Shown: positions 30,241 to 40,894 of the stretch, one piece after another
Layout of the letters: every line of letters begins with the position of its first letter
Numbering within the stretch: position 1 is the stretch's first letter
From: Planctomycetota bacterium
GTDB lineage: Bacteria > Planctomycetota > UBA1135 > UBA2386
Assembly: GCA_031423015.1 (NCBI GenBank)
Contig: JANPER010000176.1
Span: 4,759-68,758 of the forward strand
DNA length: 64,000 bases
Direction: 5' to 3'
The notes under the pieces: model-generated
The model's input: the letters and a program-made list of their open reading frames with translations, nothing else
Told to the model about the DNA's origin: nothing
Database searches by the model: none
Translations under genes and position numbers: made by a program

Positions 30241-31488
30241 ATGCTCGCGCCCTTCCCCATCGACCGCGTTCGGGCTCGTTTTCCGGGCCTCGCCCGCACG
30301 GTGCACGGCACGCCCGCGGTGTTTCTCGATGGCCCGGCTGGCAGCCAAGTACCGCAGAGCGTGATCGACGCGGTCGCCGAGACGCTCACGCACCGGAACG
30401 CCAACACCGGCGGCAGTTTCGTCACCTCACGCGAAGTCGAGGTCATGCTGCGAGAAGCGCGGGCGGCGGCGGCGGACTTCATCGGCGCCGCCGACCCCGA
30501 CGAGATCGTGTTCGGACCGAACATGACGACGCTCACGTTCCAGTTGAGCCGCGCGCTGAGCCAGACGTGGAAACCGGGCGACGAGATCGTGATCACGCGC
30601 CTCGATCACGACGCCAACGTCACGCCGTGGACCTCTGCGGCGACGAGCGCTGGCGCCACCGTGCGCTTCGTCGAGCTGACCCCGAGCGGCAACCTCGACC
30701 CCGAGTCACTCCGCCGCGTCTGCACCGCGCGCACGCGCTTGCTGGCCTTCACCGCGGCCTCGAACCTGATCGGCACGCTACCCGAGGTGCGCGCCATCGT
30801 GGCGCAGGCGCGCGCCGTCGGCGCGCTGACCTTCGTCGACGCCGTGCACTACGCCGCGCACCGACGCATCGACGTCGCCGCCTGGGGCTGCGACCTGCTG
30901 GCGTGCTCGGTCTACAAGTTCTTCGGCCCACACGTCGGCATCCTGTGGGGCCGCAGCAAGCTCCTGTCAGATCTGAGAGCCGAGAAGGTGCGGCCGGCGA
31001 AGGACGCGCTGCCCTATCGCTGGATGCAGGGCACCCCCAACCACGAGGGCATCGCCGGTGCGCGCGCCGCCATCGAGTACCTCGCCGCACTCGGCCGCGA
31101 AGTCGCGGGCGCAACCCTCGCGCGCGGAGCCGCGTTGACCGCGGCGTTCGACGCCATCGTCGCGCACGAGACGAGCCTCGGCGCACGCCTGCTGCAGGGC
31201 CTTGCCAACTTCAGCAAGGTGCGCGTGGTCGGCGACACCGATCCCGCGCGCGCCGGCACCCGCGCACCGACGGTGTCGTTCACGCACCAAGATCTCAAAC
31301 CACGCGAGATCAGCGCGCTGCTCGGCGAGCATGGCATCTTCACCTGGGCCGGCCACGCGTACGCCCTGGAGCTGAGCCGTGCGCTGCACCTCGAGCCGGA
31401 CGGCGTCGTGCGCGTCGGGTGCCTGCACTACAACACCGCCGCCGAGGTCGATCGCCTGCTCGCGGCGCTTGGTCAGATCGGGCGCTGA
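30241..31488 (+). CDS. Cysteine desulfurase-like class V PLP enzyme (VC1184-type)
   Basis: FLDGPAGSQVP, DHDANV, VDAVH, SVYKFFGPHVG. Confidence 0.9.
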   Translation: MLAPFPIDRVRARFPGLARTVHGTPAVFLDGPAGSQVPQSVIDAVAETLTHRNANTGGSFVTSREVEVMLREARAAAADFIGAADPDEIVFGPNMTTLTFQLSRALSQTWKPGDEIVITRLDHDANVTPWTSAATSAGATVRFVELTPSGNLDPESLRRVCTARTRLLAFTAASNLIGTLPEVRAIVAQARAVGALTFVDAVHYAAHRRIDVAAWGCDLLACSVYKFFGPHVGILWGRSKLLSDLRAEKVRPAKDALPYRWMQGTPNHEGIAGARAAIEYLAALGREVAGATLARGAALTAAFDAIVAHETSLGARLLQGLANFSKVRVVGDTDPARAGTRAPTVSFTHQDLKPREISALLGEHGIFTWAGHAYALELSRALHLEPDGVVRVGCLHYNTAAEVDRLLAALGQIGR

Positions 31489-31675
31489 CTCGCCAACGAC
31501 AGACCGGCTCTGCCCGCCGGTGAGCCATGTATTGGCGCCGGGACTGCTCCAAGTTCGACAGGCGCGGGTGCGCACCCGCGACCGGAATCGCCGGCGCGAC
31601 CCTGGTTCGGGTCCGCGCGCTTTTCGTCACGCCAGCCAGTCCTGCACGTCTCGCAGCAGCCGTGATCCAACTGTG

Positions 31676-32119
31676 TCAGGCGCGGCGCGGATACATCAAG
31701 ACCGGGACCGGCGAGTGGCGCAGCACGTGCTCCGCAACGCTACCCAAGACCAACCGCCGGAAGCCGGTGCGGCCGTGCGTCGACATCGCGATCAGGTCCA
31801 TTCCCTTCTCCTCGGCGTAGGAGCAGATGGCGGCGGCGACGTCCTGCGCGCTGATGACGTCGACCGCGACTTCGAGTCCGGTGAGCTTCTTGGCCAGCTC
31901 GCCTAGGGTCGCCCGCGCTTTCTTGACCTCGTTCGCGAGCTCGGCCGGCCGCACGACCGGGGCGTGTGGCCCGCCCGGTGGCGCCACGGCAATCACCGGC
32001 ACCACATGCAGGAGGGTCACCGCAAAGGCGCGGCCCTGGGCCACTTCGCGCACGCCGTCGAGCGCCCGCAGCGCTTCGTCGGACAGATCGGTCGTCAGCA
32101 GTAGCTTCTTGGTAGGCAT
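31676..32119 (-). CDS. Universal stress protein
   Basis: LLLTTDLSD...DLIAMSTHGRTGFRRLVLGSVAEHVLRHSPVPVL. Confidence 0.95.
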   Translation of the reverse strand: MPTKKLLLTTDLSDEALRALDGVREVAQGRAFAVTLLHVVPVIAVAPPGGPHAPVVRPAELANEVKKARATLGELAKKLTGLEVAVDVISAQDVAAAICSYAEEKGMDLIAMSTHGRTGFRRLVLGSVAEHVLRHSPVPVLMYPRRA

Positions 32120-32142
32120 GGCACGACTCGAACGCCCGTCGC

Positions 32143-32364
32143 TCAGTCCGGTTTGCACCTGCGCACCAAGTATCGAGAGTCGTCGACGCAACCCGCGCCG
32201 AGCGCGACCTCGATCCGCATGACGCGTTCCGGCGCAAGCCACGTGCCGCGCTCGAGACGCACTCGATCGTCTGCCGTGTAGGCGTGCGCGTTGAGCTGCG
32301 CGCGTGGCCCGCCGGCCAACGCGACGCACCAAACCAGGATCGAAAGGGAGGCGGGATTCATCAT
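32143..32364 (-). pseudogene. Short signal-peptide-bearing ORF, probably a truncated secreted protein
   Basis: MMNPASLSILVWCVALAGGPRAQ then only about 50 aa. Confidence 0.35.
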
Positions 32365-32416
32365 CGGTGTCGGCTCGGATCGGAAGACAGAGACGGACAG
32401 ACGCCGTGTTCGATCG

Positions 32417-33247
32417 CTAGCCCGGCCAGCCTTGGCTGGCCTCCGTGCCGCAGTCGGCATGCCATGGCAGATCGTGGGTCAAATCACCCCCTTGCCGGCG
32501 CAGGCGTACTACGACCCGGCCCTGGCTGACTTCAACGGCCAACCGCACCTCCTGCACGTGCAGGGCACCGGCATCGCGATGACGCCGATCAACCTCACCA
32601 ATGCGTCCTTGTCGGGGCCGTCGGTGATCGTCATCAACCAGGCCCGCGCCGGCAGCAAAGCGAACTCGCCGACGCCGGTGCTCGACACCACGGGACAACT
32701 GATCGGCTTCTCGCATCACGACGTGCTGAGCTCGGACAACGATCACTACATGTCGTTGGACTTCGACCCCACGACTCCTTCGGTGCTGATGCACGACAAC
32801 ACGACGTGGCGCAACAACGGTGGCTTCATCGGTGGTCGCTTCTGCGACGCCGAGTCGACGGCGCCCTACCACGTCCTCGCCCTCGACAACTACTGGTTCA
32901 CCGGCGGGCGCGGCCCCGTTGGCGGCGTGATCGACGTGTTCGCCTACGTGCCTCCGACCAGCAGCGCGACCGAGGCGTACTTCTCGTTCCTGCTGATCGG
33001 CGCCGCCCATTTGCCCGCTGCACTCCCGGTCCCGCCGATCCCCGGCTTGCTCGGCATCGACGTGTCGACGTTGGTGTCGCTGCCCTTCCCGCAACACACG
33101 AATGCCAACGGCGAAGCCCTGCTGCAGTTGGTCATCCCCAATGACAACTTCCTACGCGGCAGGAGCTTGGCGGCGCAGTCGGCAACATTCCGGCTGTCGA
33201 CCAGCCAGGTGACGCTCGGCAACACCGCGGGGCTGTTCTTCTACTAG
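32417..33247 (+). pseudogene. Probably 5'-truncated secreted protein, distant paralog of 5359-6595
   Basis: No signal peptide or credible start; ANSPTPVLDTTG resembles AQAPSLLTDSRG; ends LGNTAGLFFY versus FSNTACVFVD. Confidence 0.55.
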
Positions 33248-33393
33248 AGCCGCTCGCTCTTGCGAAGCTGTCGAGACGGCCGGTCGCTGTGCGTCAGGGA
33301 AGCGAACCCGCGACCATGATCTTGCGGGGGCGCGTAACGGATTGCAGACCAGAAGATGGGCTAGCGGCGAGCAAGAAAAGCTGGGATTGTGGC

Positions 33394-33428
33394 GGTGAGA
33401 CAGTTCACCGCACGGGACTGTCTTCACC
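33394..33428. promoter_or_regulatory. Inverted repeat upstream of the CotH operon
   Basis: GGTGAGACAGTTC...GGACTGTCTTCACC. Confidence 0.35.
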
Positions 33429-33530
33429 AGTTCTTCGCGCGACCTTCACTGTCGGGCTCGCGGCGACCAGACGCCTGCCACGTCAACCGCCCGAACCGAA
33501 CCCGTTCCTTCACGAACCCTCTTGCGTCCC

Positions 33531-35969
33531 ATGCTGAAGCGACCCCTGTGCGCAGTGCGCGCCGCTGCCCTGAGCGCCTGCCTGTCGATCGTCCCCGTGT
33601 CGATGGCCATGTCGGTGACGACGTCGTCGTCGCTGCCAGCGCAGACGCCCGACCTCTACAACATCGACACGGTTCGCGACATCTACCTCACGTTCACCCA
33701 GCCCAACTACTGGCAGCTGCTGTTGAACAACTACGCCCCGGAGATCAACCTCCCGGCGGACATGCGGGTCGATGGCATCACCTACCCCAACGTCGGGGTG
33801 CGCTTCCGCGGCAACACGTCCTACTTCCAGTTGCCGGCGAACTCGGAGAAGAAGAGCTTCAACATCGAGACTGACGCGTTCGTAGCCGGGCAAGACCTCT
33901 ACGGCTACGAGCACATCAACCTCAACAACGGCTTCCACGACCCGAGCTTCATCCGCGAGTTCCTCTTGTACTGGGTGATGCGGCAACACGGGCCGGCGCC
34001 GAAGTGCAACTTCGTCCGCGTCTACTTGAACAACGTGTATTGGGGCGTCTACATCAACGCCCAGCAACCGAACAAAGACATGATGCGCGACTGGTTCCCG
34101 TCGAACGACGGCAACCGCTACCGCGGCTTCCCGACCTCGGGGAGCTTCGGCAACGGCCGCACCGCGCTCGCGTGGCTGGGCGCCAACGTCATCGACTACC
34201 TGTCGGCGTATCAGGCCAAGCAAGGCGACGGCACCGACCTGATGCAGATGATCAACGTGCTGAACAACACGCCGGCCGCGCAGATCGAGGCGCTGCTGCC
34301 GGCGGAGTTCAGCTGCGACAATTTCTATCGTTACGCGGCGGTGATGAACGTCGGCGGCAACACCGACAGCTACATCGGTTCCGGCAAGGATCACTACCTG
34401 TACCACGATCCGGTGCACGGCACGTTCCATATGTTCCCGTTCGATATGAACGAGGGCATCACCGGCGCCACCTCGCTCGACCCCTGGTCGCAAACCACGG
34501 CCATCATCAAGCCGGCGTTCACCAAGACGTTCGTCGTGCCCGCCTGGCGGCAGCGCTACAAGGCGCACGTCCGCAGCATCGTCGAGCAGACGTTCAACAT
34601 CGCACGCCTCGACCCGATGATCCGCCGGTTCCACGCGCTGCTGACGCCGATGGTGACGGCGGACACCAAGAAGATCTACTCGACGCAGTTGTTCCTCGAC
34701 AACCTGACCCTGACGGTGAACCTCGGCGGGGTCGGCGGCAGCACGCAGCCAGGCCTGCTGCCCTGGGTCACGGGCCGTGAGACGTTTCTCCGCAACCACA
34801 TCGACCTGAGCCCGCCGCGCACCGCGCTGAGTGTTCTGGCCCACACGCCCACGAACCCGACGCCGCAACAGCCAGTGACCGTCACGGTGACCGCGTCGAA
34901 CCTCGCAGCCAGCCTGAAGCTGTGGTGGCGCAAGATCGGCCCGTTCGCGTCGACCCCGATGTTCGACGACGGCCTGCACGGCGACGGCGCCGCCAACGAT
35001 GGCGTCTGGGGCGCGGCCATCGCGGCACAGGCACCGGGCTCGCTCATCGACTACTACGTCGAAGCGGTGACCACGACGTTGCTCGCGACGTACATCCCGC
35101 ACGGCGCCGAGTTTCAAGCCAATCACTACATGGTGGCATGGCCGGTTGGCACTTCGCCGATCCGTCTCAACGAGTTCGTGGCGCAGAACGTCACCGGCAT
35201 CGTCGACGAGAACAACCAGCACGAGGATTGGCTCGAGCTTTACAACGACTCGGGTGCGGCCGTGAACGTCGGGGGCATGTGGCTCACCGATGACATCACC
35301 ACGCCCAAGTTCCAGATCCCGGCCAGCACGATGATCGCGGCCAACGGCACGCTGCTCATCTGGTGTGACGAGGACGGCACCCAGGGTCCGCTGCACGCCA
35401 ATTTCAAGTTGTCGTCGGGCGGCGAAGATCTGGCCCTGTTCGCCTCGGATGGGCAGACACTGCTCGACAACCACATGTTTGGCCTGCAGGTCGCCGACGT
35501 CGCCAACGGCCGCGTCTTCGACGGTCGCACGCCGTGGGTCAGCTTTGCGGTGCCGACGCCGCGCAGCCGCAACGAGCTGGCAACCTGTGGCAGCCGCACC
35601 TACGGCGCGGTCGATTCGCGGGCCCACGCGTCGCGCCTGTCGCTGACCGGCTCGACGCAGATCGGCGCGTCGCCGACGCTGAGTCTGCTCAACGGGCCGG
35701 CGTCGGGCCTGGGCGCGCTGTTCTTTTCAACCGCCCCCGCGCACCTCGACTTGACGCCGTTCGCGCTGCCCGGAGAAATCTTGCTGCTGAGCGCTGGATC
35801 GCTGTTCGGTCCGACCTATGTGCCGCTCAACGCTCAGGGCGGGATGAGCGTGCTGCTGCCCATCCCCGCAGCACCGAACCTGGCGAACCTCAAGCTCTAC
35901 CTGCAAATGATCTCGGCCGGCGCAACCGTCGACGGCAGCAATGCCATCGAGATGATCATCTGTCCGTAG
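33531..35969 (+). CDS. CotH kinase family protein with lamin-tail domain
   Basis: NVGVRFRGNTS, KKSFNI, NLNN..HDPSFIRE, FPFDMNE; LNEFVAQN...EDWLELYN. Confidence 0.9.
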   Translation: MLKRPLCAVRAAALSACLSIVPVSMAMSVTTSSSLPAQTPDLYNIDTVRDIYLTFTQPNYWQLLLNNYAPEINLPADMRVDGITYPNVGVRFRGNTSYFQLPANSEKKSFNIETDAFVAGQDLYGYEHINLNNGFHDPSFIREFLLYWVMRQHGPAPKCNFVRVYLNNVYWGVYINAQQPNKDMMRDWFPSNDGNRYRGFPTSGSFGNGRTALAWLGANVIDYLSAYQAKQGDGTDLMQMINVLNNTPAAQIEALLPAEFSCDNFYRYAAVMNVGGNTDSYIGSGKDHYLYHDPVHGTFHMFPFDMNEGITGATSLDPWSQTTAIIKPAFTKTFVVPAWRQRYKAHVRSIVEQTFNIARLDPMIRRFHALLTPMVTADTKKIYSTQLFLDNLTLTVNLGGVGGSTQPGLLPWVTGRETFLRNHIDLSPPRTALSVLAHTPTNPTPQQPVTVTVTASNLAASLKLWWRKIGPFASTPMFDDGLHGDGAANDGVWGAAIAAQAPGSLIDYYVEAVTTTLLATYIPHGAEFQANHYMVAWPVGTSPIRLNEFVAQNVTGIVDENNQHEDWLELYNDSGAAVNVGGMWLTDDITTPKFQIPASTMIAANGTLLIWCDEDGTQGPLHANFKLSSGGEDLALFASDGQTLLDNHMFGLQVADVANGRVFDGRTPWVSFAVPTPRSRNELATCGSRTYGAVDSRAHASRLSLTGSTQIGASPTLSLLNGPASGLGALFFSTAPAHLDLTPFALPGEILLLSAGSLFGPTYVPLNAQGGMSVLLPIPAAPNLANLKLYLQMISAGATVDGSNAIEMIICP

Positions 35970-36029
35970 GCACGACGCGGCCGCACTTTCTCACCACTTG
36001 CCCCCTTTCTGGAATGACCCGGCCATGAC

Positions 36030-36782
36030 ATGGTGACGCGGAACATCACTCCCCTGGTGATGCAGCGGTACGAGTGCAAGTACCTCGTGCCAGACTCGGT
36101 GGCCCGCCGTGTGTACACGGATCTGGCGCCGTTCCTGCAGTCAGACCCACACGCCGCGCGCTTCCCGAACAACACCTACGCGATCTGCAGTCTCTATCTC
36201 GACGGCCTCGACCTGGCGTTGTGCCGCGAGACGCTGGAAGGCAACGCGAATCGCTTCAAGCTGCGGGTCCGAAGCTACTCCGACGACCCGACCAAGCCGG
36301 TGTTCTTGGAGATCAAGCGACGGCGCACGGGCATCGTGCACAAGACGCGGAGCCCGGTCGCCAGACACTTGTTGCCGCGCATTCTCACCGGGCGCACCGT
36401 CGATCTGGGCCCCTGCGGCGCACTGCTGGGCAACGCACTCGCAGAGTTTACGCGCCTCCTGCTCGCGACCTCGGCGCAGCCGCGGGTGCTCGTGCGCTAC
36501 GACCGCGAGGCCTACGTCGGCGCCATCGACACTTCGGTGCGCGTCACCTTCGATCGCAACCTGCGCGCCTTGCGCACCGACCGCCCCGACGTCATCGTGA
36601 ACGCCGCCGGCCTGCAACGGCTGCCGGTGCGCGGCGTGGTGCTCGAACTCAAGTTCAACGACCGCTGCCCGGCTTGGCTGCTCAACGTGGTCAAGCGACA
36701 CAACCTGCGGCGCACCTCATTCTCCAAGTACTGCATCTCGATCGAAGGCACCGGCGCGCGCGCAATGCGCGCCGCTCCCTGA
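36030..36782 (+). CDS. VTC-domain (polyphosphate polymerase-like) protein
   Basis: RYECKY, ICSLYLD, KLRVRSY, FLEIK, RVTFD, LELKF, FSKYC. Confidence 0.9.
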   Translation: MVTRNITPLVMQRYECKYLVPDSVARRVYTDLAPFLQSDPHAARFPNNTYAICSLYLDGLDLALCRETLEGNANRFKLRVRSYSDDPTKPVFLEIKRRRTGIVHKTRSPVARHLLPRILTGRTVDLGPCGALLGNALAEFTRLLLATSAQPRVLVRYDREAYVGAIDTSVRVTFDRNLRALRTDRPDVIVNAAGLQRLPVRGVVLELKFNDRCPAWLLNVVKRHNLRRTSFSKYCISIEGTGARAMRAAP

Positions 36783-36791
36783 CCGCGACCG

Positions 36792-37484
36792 ATGGAAGAC
36801 GCAATCTTCGCACTGACGAACTCCTGGCAGTCCTCGCTGCCCTCGCTGCAGGCCATCCTGCTGTACCTGCTGCTCAGCTTCGTCCTCAGCATGCCGTTGG
36901 CTTGGGTCTACCTCCTCACGCACCAAGGCGTGAGCTACTCGCGATCCACGGTGCACGCGCTGGTGATGCTGAGCCTGATCGTGACGTTCGTCATGCTGGC
37001 GATCGGCGAGAGCCTGGCGCGCGCGTTCGGGCTGTTTGGAGCGTTGGCGCTGATCCGCTTTCGTACCCCGATCAAGGACACCAGAGACACGGTGTTCCTG
37101 TTCCTCGCCGTCGCAATCGGCATCGCCGTTGGCACGCAGAGCCTGCTGCTGGCGGTGAGCGGGACTACCTTGGCGCTCCTGGTCGCCTTCTACCTGCACT
37201 TCACCGGCTTCGGCGACCGCCAGGGCACCGACGGCGTCTTGCGCATCCAACTGCCGGAGAGTGAAGCACAGGGCGGCGCACTCGACCGCGTGCTACGGCG
37301 CCACTGCCGCAAGTCGACGCTGCTGCAACTGCGCGAAGGTGTTGCCGCAGGCGACATGGAACTTGCCTACCAGCTGCAGCTCAAGGACACGTTCGAGAGC
37401 GTCGACCTGATCGCGAGTGCGCGCGCGTTGCCCGGCGCGCGCGACGTGAGCCTGATGATGCAGACGGAGCACGAGGAACTGTGA
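36792..37484 (+). CDS. DUF4956 membrane protein
   Basis: SLARAFGLFGALALIRFRTPIKDTRD. Confidence 0.9.
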   Translation: MEDAIFALTNSWQSSLPSLQAILLYLLLSFVLSMPLAWVYLLTHQGVSYSRSTVHALVMLSLIVTFVMLAIGESLARAFGLFGALALIRFRTPIKDTRDTVFLFLAVAIGIAVGTQSLLLAVSGTTLALLVAFYLHFTGFGDRQGTDGVLRIQLPESEAQGGALDRVLRRHCRKSTLLQLREGVAAGDMELAYQLQLKDTFESVDLIASARALPGARDVSLMMQTEHEEL

Positions 37485-38635
37485 GCGAGCCCCAACGCTC
37501 GCGTCGTCGCCGGGCTGGCCGCCTGCTGCGCTACGTCACGCATTCCGCGCTCCCGGCGCTGATCTGGGTCGGTGCCGTGATCGCCGTCTTGCTCCTGCTG
37601 CCGTCGCGCAGCACGCGCCTGCCGGTGCCCGGGGTCGTCGAAACCCTGCGCTACGACATCGTTGCTTCCATGGACGGTAGGCTCTCCGCCGTCATGGTTG
37701 GCCGCCACGACAGCGTCGAGTCCGGACAAATCGTCGCCCGCCTGAGCGACGACGACTTGCGCCTACGGCTGACGCACGCGCGCTACGAGCTGGAGTTGCT
37801 GCGCGCCGATCTGCAGCGGCGCGAGACCGAGCTGACCCTCGAAGCCAAGGCCACGGACGCGCAGCACCAACTGGACGCGACCATCGAGGCGCGCCGTCGG
37901 ACCAGCGATGCCGAAGCGGCGCACCTCGACGAACTCTTGACCCGCGCCGAGGTCGAGGAGGCCAAGATCCGACTGCAGGGCGTCAGCATCGAGGTCGAGC
38001 GCTTGAAGGCGCTGGAGCAGCAGGCCATCGCCTCGGATGCCGCGCTGGTTCGCCTGCGCACCGAGAAGGACGCCCTGCAGAAGAGGATCGAAGAACTCGG
38101 AGCCGTGCAGGCGCAGCAGCAAGCGCGCGTCGCCGCGGCGCGCGAGCGGCTGGCCGTCTTCACGGTCACCGTCGGCGAGACCATCCCGCGCGACGCTCTG
38201 CTGGAGCCGATGCGCTGGCGCCTCAAGATGCAGGAAGCCGAGTTGGAGCGGATCGCGCTGCTGCGCCACGGCCTCGACGTCGTGGCGCCGTCGGCCGGCT
38301 TCGTCGAGTCGATCAACCTGCGCAGCGGCCAGTGGGTTGCCTCGGGGGACACCCTGCTGACGATCGTCGAGCCCACCGCGCGCAAGATCCTGGCCTACCT
38401 TCCCGAGGCAGCGCGCGGCCGAGTGGCCGTCGCCATGGCGGTGCAGGTCATGCGCGATGCAGTGCCAGGCGCGATGCGCTCAGCGACCGTCGTCAGCCTG
38501 TCGCCGGCATTGGTGCGCGTACCGCAGCGGCTCTGGCGCGATCCCCGCCTGGAGGAATGGGCGATCGAGGCCGTGCTGACCCCGCACGGCGACGAAGCCC
38601 CGGGCGAGCGGGTGAGCCTGTTGCTGCCGCAGTAG
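37481..38635 (+). CDS. HlyD-family membrane fusion protein
   Basis: TM segment, lipoyl half-motifs (HDSVESGQIVARL; VVAPSAGFV..GQWVASGDTL), coiled coil. Confidence 0.8.
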   Translation: MSEPQRSRRRRAGRLLRYVTHSALPALIWVGAVIAVLLLLPSRSTRLPVPGVVETLRYDIVASMDGRLSAVMVGRHDSVESGQIVARLSDDDLRLRLTHARYELELLRADLQRRETELTLEAKATDAQHQLDATIEARRRTSDAEAAHLDELLTRAEVEEAKIRLQGVSIEVERLKALEQQAIASDAALVRLRTEKDALQKRIEELGAVQAQQQARVAAARERLAVFTVTVGETIPRDALLEPMRWRLKMQEAELERIALLRHGLDVVAPSAGFVESINLRSGQWVASGDTLLTIVEPTARKILAYLPEAARGRVAVAMAVQVMRDAVPGAMRSATVVSLSPALVRVPQRLWRDPRLEEWAIEAVLTPHGDEAPGERVSLLLPQ

Positions 38636-38711
38636 CCGCTCGCTGGAACGTCCGGACATGGCGAATGGAACATCGTGGCGAATTGGCAATGGACCGTAGA
38701 GTTGGCGCGCG

Positions 38712-39620
38712 ATGGCTACGACCTCCTCGCTGAGTCCCGAGTCCCCCGCCACGGGCACGTTGTCCATGCCCGAGCGGGTGCAAGCCATCCAGCTCTTGTG
38801 GAAGGAACAGGCGAAGGAGCTTCTGCGCGCCACGCGCGCGGTGACGCCGCTCGCCAAGCCGGCCGTGTACGACGACCTCGAGAAACTCGCGGTGCTGATC
38901 GGCAAGATCGAGCACAAGCTCAGCGCTGGGGCGCCACCGCTGGCGGAAGCGACCGCGTTCCTCGCCAGCGTGACCGCCTGGCGCAACGAGCGCCAGGCAT
39001 CGCTGCGCGAGCGCCTCGGCCGTGAGCTCAAGCTCGCCTGCGATGCCGCCGGACTCAGCCTCAAGGTCATCTCGCGCGAGGATCCGCTCCAGCTGCGCAT
39101 CCCGCCGCTCGCGGTGAGCGTCGACCTGGCGCACGGCTACGCCGAGCTAGGCTTCGCCAAGGCGCCGCTCGGGCGCTGCGCCGCCGACGCCGCGGCAATC
39201 GTCGCGGCGCATGCACGCCTCAAGCAGCGCCTCGAGACCAAGTTCGATCCGCGCGCGTTCTTCGACCAGTGCCACGCCGCGTGGTGCGCGTCGCGCAGCG
39301 CGAACCCTGGCGCCGCGAACGAGCGCGTCGAGCTGCTCGAGTTCCTGCCCTACCTGGCATTGCGCATGCAGAAGCAGAAGTTCAGGAGCGACCCGACCAA
39401 GGCCAACTTCAGCGACTACGGGCGCGCGCAGTTCGCGTTCGATGTGCTGCGGCTGCAACAGCAGCTCGGCATGGTGAAGGACAAGCTGCGGCTCAATTTC
39501 GGCGTCGCGACCGGAACCACAGCTTCGCAGAAGTCGCGCGTCGTGCACCTCGAGGACGCCGACGGCAACGGCGAGTTCAAGCTCACGGTGTTCTTCACCC
39601 AGCACGGTGACGACGCGTGA
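38712..39620 (+). CDS. Hypothetical protein, first gene of ATPase-helicase operon
   Basis: 302 aa ORF whose stop overlaps the next start (GTGA). Confidence 0.8.
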   Translation: MATTSSLSPESPATGTLSMPERVQAIQLLWKEQAKELLRATRAVTPLAKPAVYDDLEKLAVLIGKIEHKLSAGAPPLAEATAFLASVTAWRNERQASLRERLGRELKLACDAAGLSLKVISREDPLQLRIPPLAVSVDLAHGYAELGFAKAPLGRCAADAAAIVAAHARLKQRLETKFDPRAFFDQCHAAWCASRSANPGAANERVELLEFLPYLALRMQKQKFRSDPTKANFSDYGRAQFAFDVLRLQQQLGMVKDKLRLNFGVATGTTASQKSRVVHLEDADGNGEFKLTVFFTQHGDDA

Positions 39621-40894
39621 ACCTCGACACCATGACCCCAAGCCAGGCGCGCCACATCGTCAACCGCATGGGCGAGACCGGGCAGCCGCCGGAGCGCGGC
39701 GCGCTCGCCGCCAACGTCGGCACCGGGGCGCTGCTCGACGTGCTGCGCGACGAGTACTTGCTGCCGATGAAAGAAAGCGGGCGCAACTCGTCGTTCAAGC
39801 TCGTGCAAGCGCCGTTCGGCGGCGGCAAGACGCACTTCCTGCACTGCCTGCGCGAGGTCGCTTGGCAACACGGCTTCGCCAGCTCGCTGGTCGGCGTGTC
39901 GCCGGACGCGTGTCCGTTCGATGCTCCGGCGCAGATCTACCAAGAGGTCGCGCGCAACCTCGAGCTGCCGCCAGCCAGCGACGACGAGGAATCGCAGCCG
40001 GGCATCGACGCGGTGCTGCGCTTGATCACCGAGCAACGCCGGCAGCAGCACGGCGCCGAAGCCGTGCGCGCGTGGCTGCGCCACGAGCTGCCGAGCATGC
40101 GCATCGACAGCAGCGCGGTGCGGCGCGCGGCGATGCTGCTCATGGAAGCCTTGCTCGACAGCGACTTCGAGCGCGTCGAGCTGCTCGGCGCCTTCCTGCG
40201 CGGCGAAGCGGTCGCAGCGTCGGATCTGCTGGCGTTGCAGATCCGCGAGGAGCTCGGTGCGGCGACGGCGTTCCGCTTCCTACGCAGCCTCGCGCAGCTC
40301 CTGCGCGCTTTGCAGGTGCCCGGCGTCGTGCTGCTGTTCGACGAGCTCGACCGCGTGATGTCGCTGACCGTGCGGCGGCGGCGGGCGATCGGCGACAACC
40401 TGCGGCAGATGATCGACCACTGTGGCCAGTCCACGCTGCCGTCGGTGCTCTGGGTCTACGCCGTGCCGCCCGAGTTCATGACCAACATCGTGCCCGAGTA
40501 CCCGGCGCTCGAGCAGCGGCTGCGCGGGCCGAGCACGTTCGCGACGACCAGCCCGCTGGCACCGATCATCGACCTCGACCGGCTAGCGCTCGACCCGGTG
40601 GCGCTCTACGAGCAGATCGGCGCTCGCCTATGCCTGCTCTACGACCGCGCGCACGGCATCAGCCTCACCGCCAAGACGCAGCAGCAGAACATGAAGCGCC
40701 TCGCGCGCGAACTCGGCGCCAACCAACTCGAGAGCGGCACGCGGCGCACCTTCGTCAAGGCCGCGGTGCAGATGCTGACGCGGCAACACCGAGGTGGCGA
40801 GAAGCTGCTCGACGAAACCGACGTGCGCGACCTCGGCAGCCGCGCCGTACGGCCCGAACCGGCGCCGCTCGACGGCGAAGAGGAAGCGTACTGA
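39617..40894 (+). CDS. BrxD/DUF2791-like P-loop ATPase 1
   Basis: FKLVQAPFGGGKTHFL, LLFDELD, EYPALEQRL. Confidence 0.85.
   Translation: MNLDTMTPSQARHIVNRMGETGQPPERGALAANVGTGALLDVLRDEYLLPMKESGRNSSFKLVQAPFGGGKTHFLHCLREVAWQHGFASSLVGVSPDACPFDAPAQIYQEVARNLELPPASDDEESQPGIDAVLRLITEQRRQQHGAEAVRAWLRHELPSMRIDSSAVRRAAMLLMEALLDSDFERVELLGAFLRGEAVAASDLLALQIREELGAATAFRFLRSLAQLLRALQVPGVVLLFDELDRVMSLTVRRRRAIGDNLRQMIDHCGQSTLPSVLWVYAVPPEFMTNIVPEYPALEQRLRGPSTFATTSPLAPIIDLDRLALDPVALYEQIGARLCLLYDRAHGISLTAKTQQQNMKRLARELGANQLESGTRRTFVKAAVQMLTRQHRGGEKLLDETDVRDLGSRAVRPEPAPLDGEEEAY

Noticed and set aside
30241-31488. Cysteine desulfurase-like gene as a selenocysteine lyase serving the nearby selenoproteins
   Set aside because: It has WAGHAYA where SufS/CsdB have the catalytic RxGHHCA; proximity alone is not evidence
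39607-40893. 909-aa ORF as a large N-terminal extension of ATPase 2
   Set aside because: The extension is an Arg/Ala-rich shadow frame overlapping ATPase 1; a coupled ATG exists at 40894
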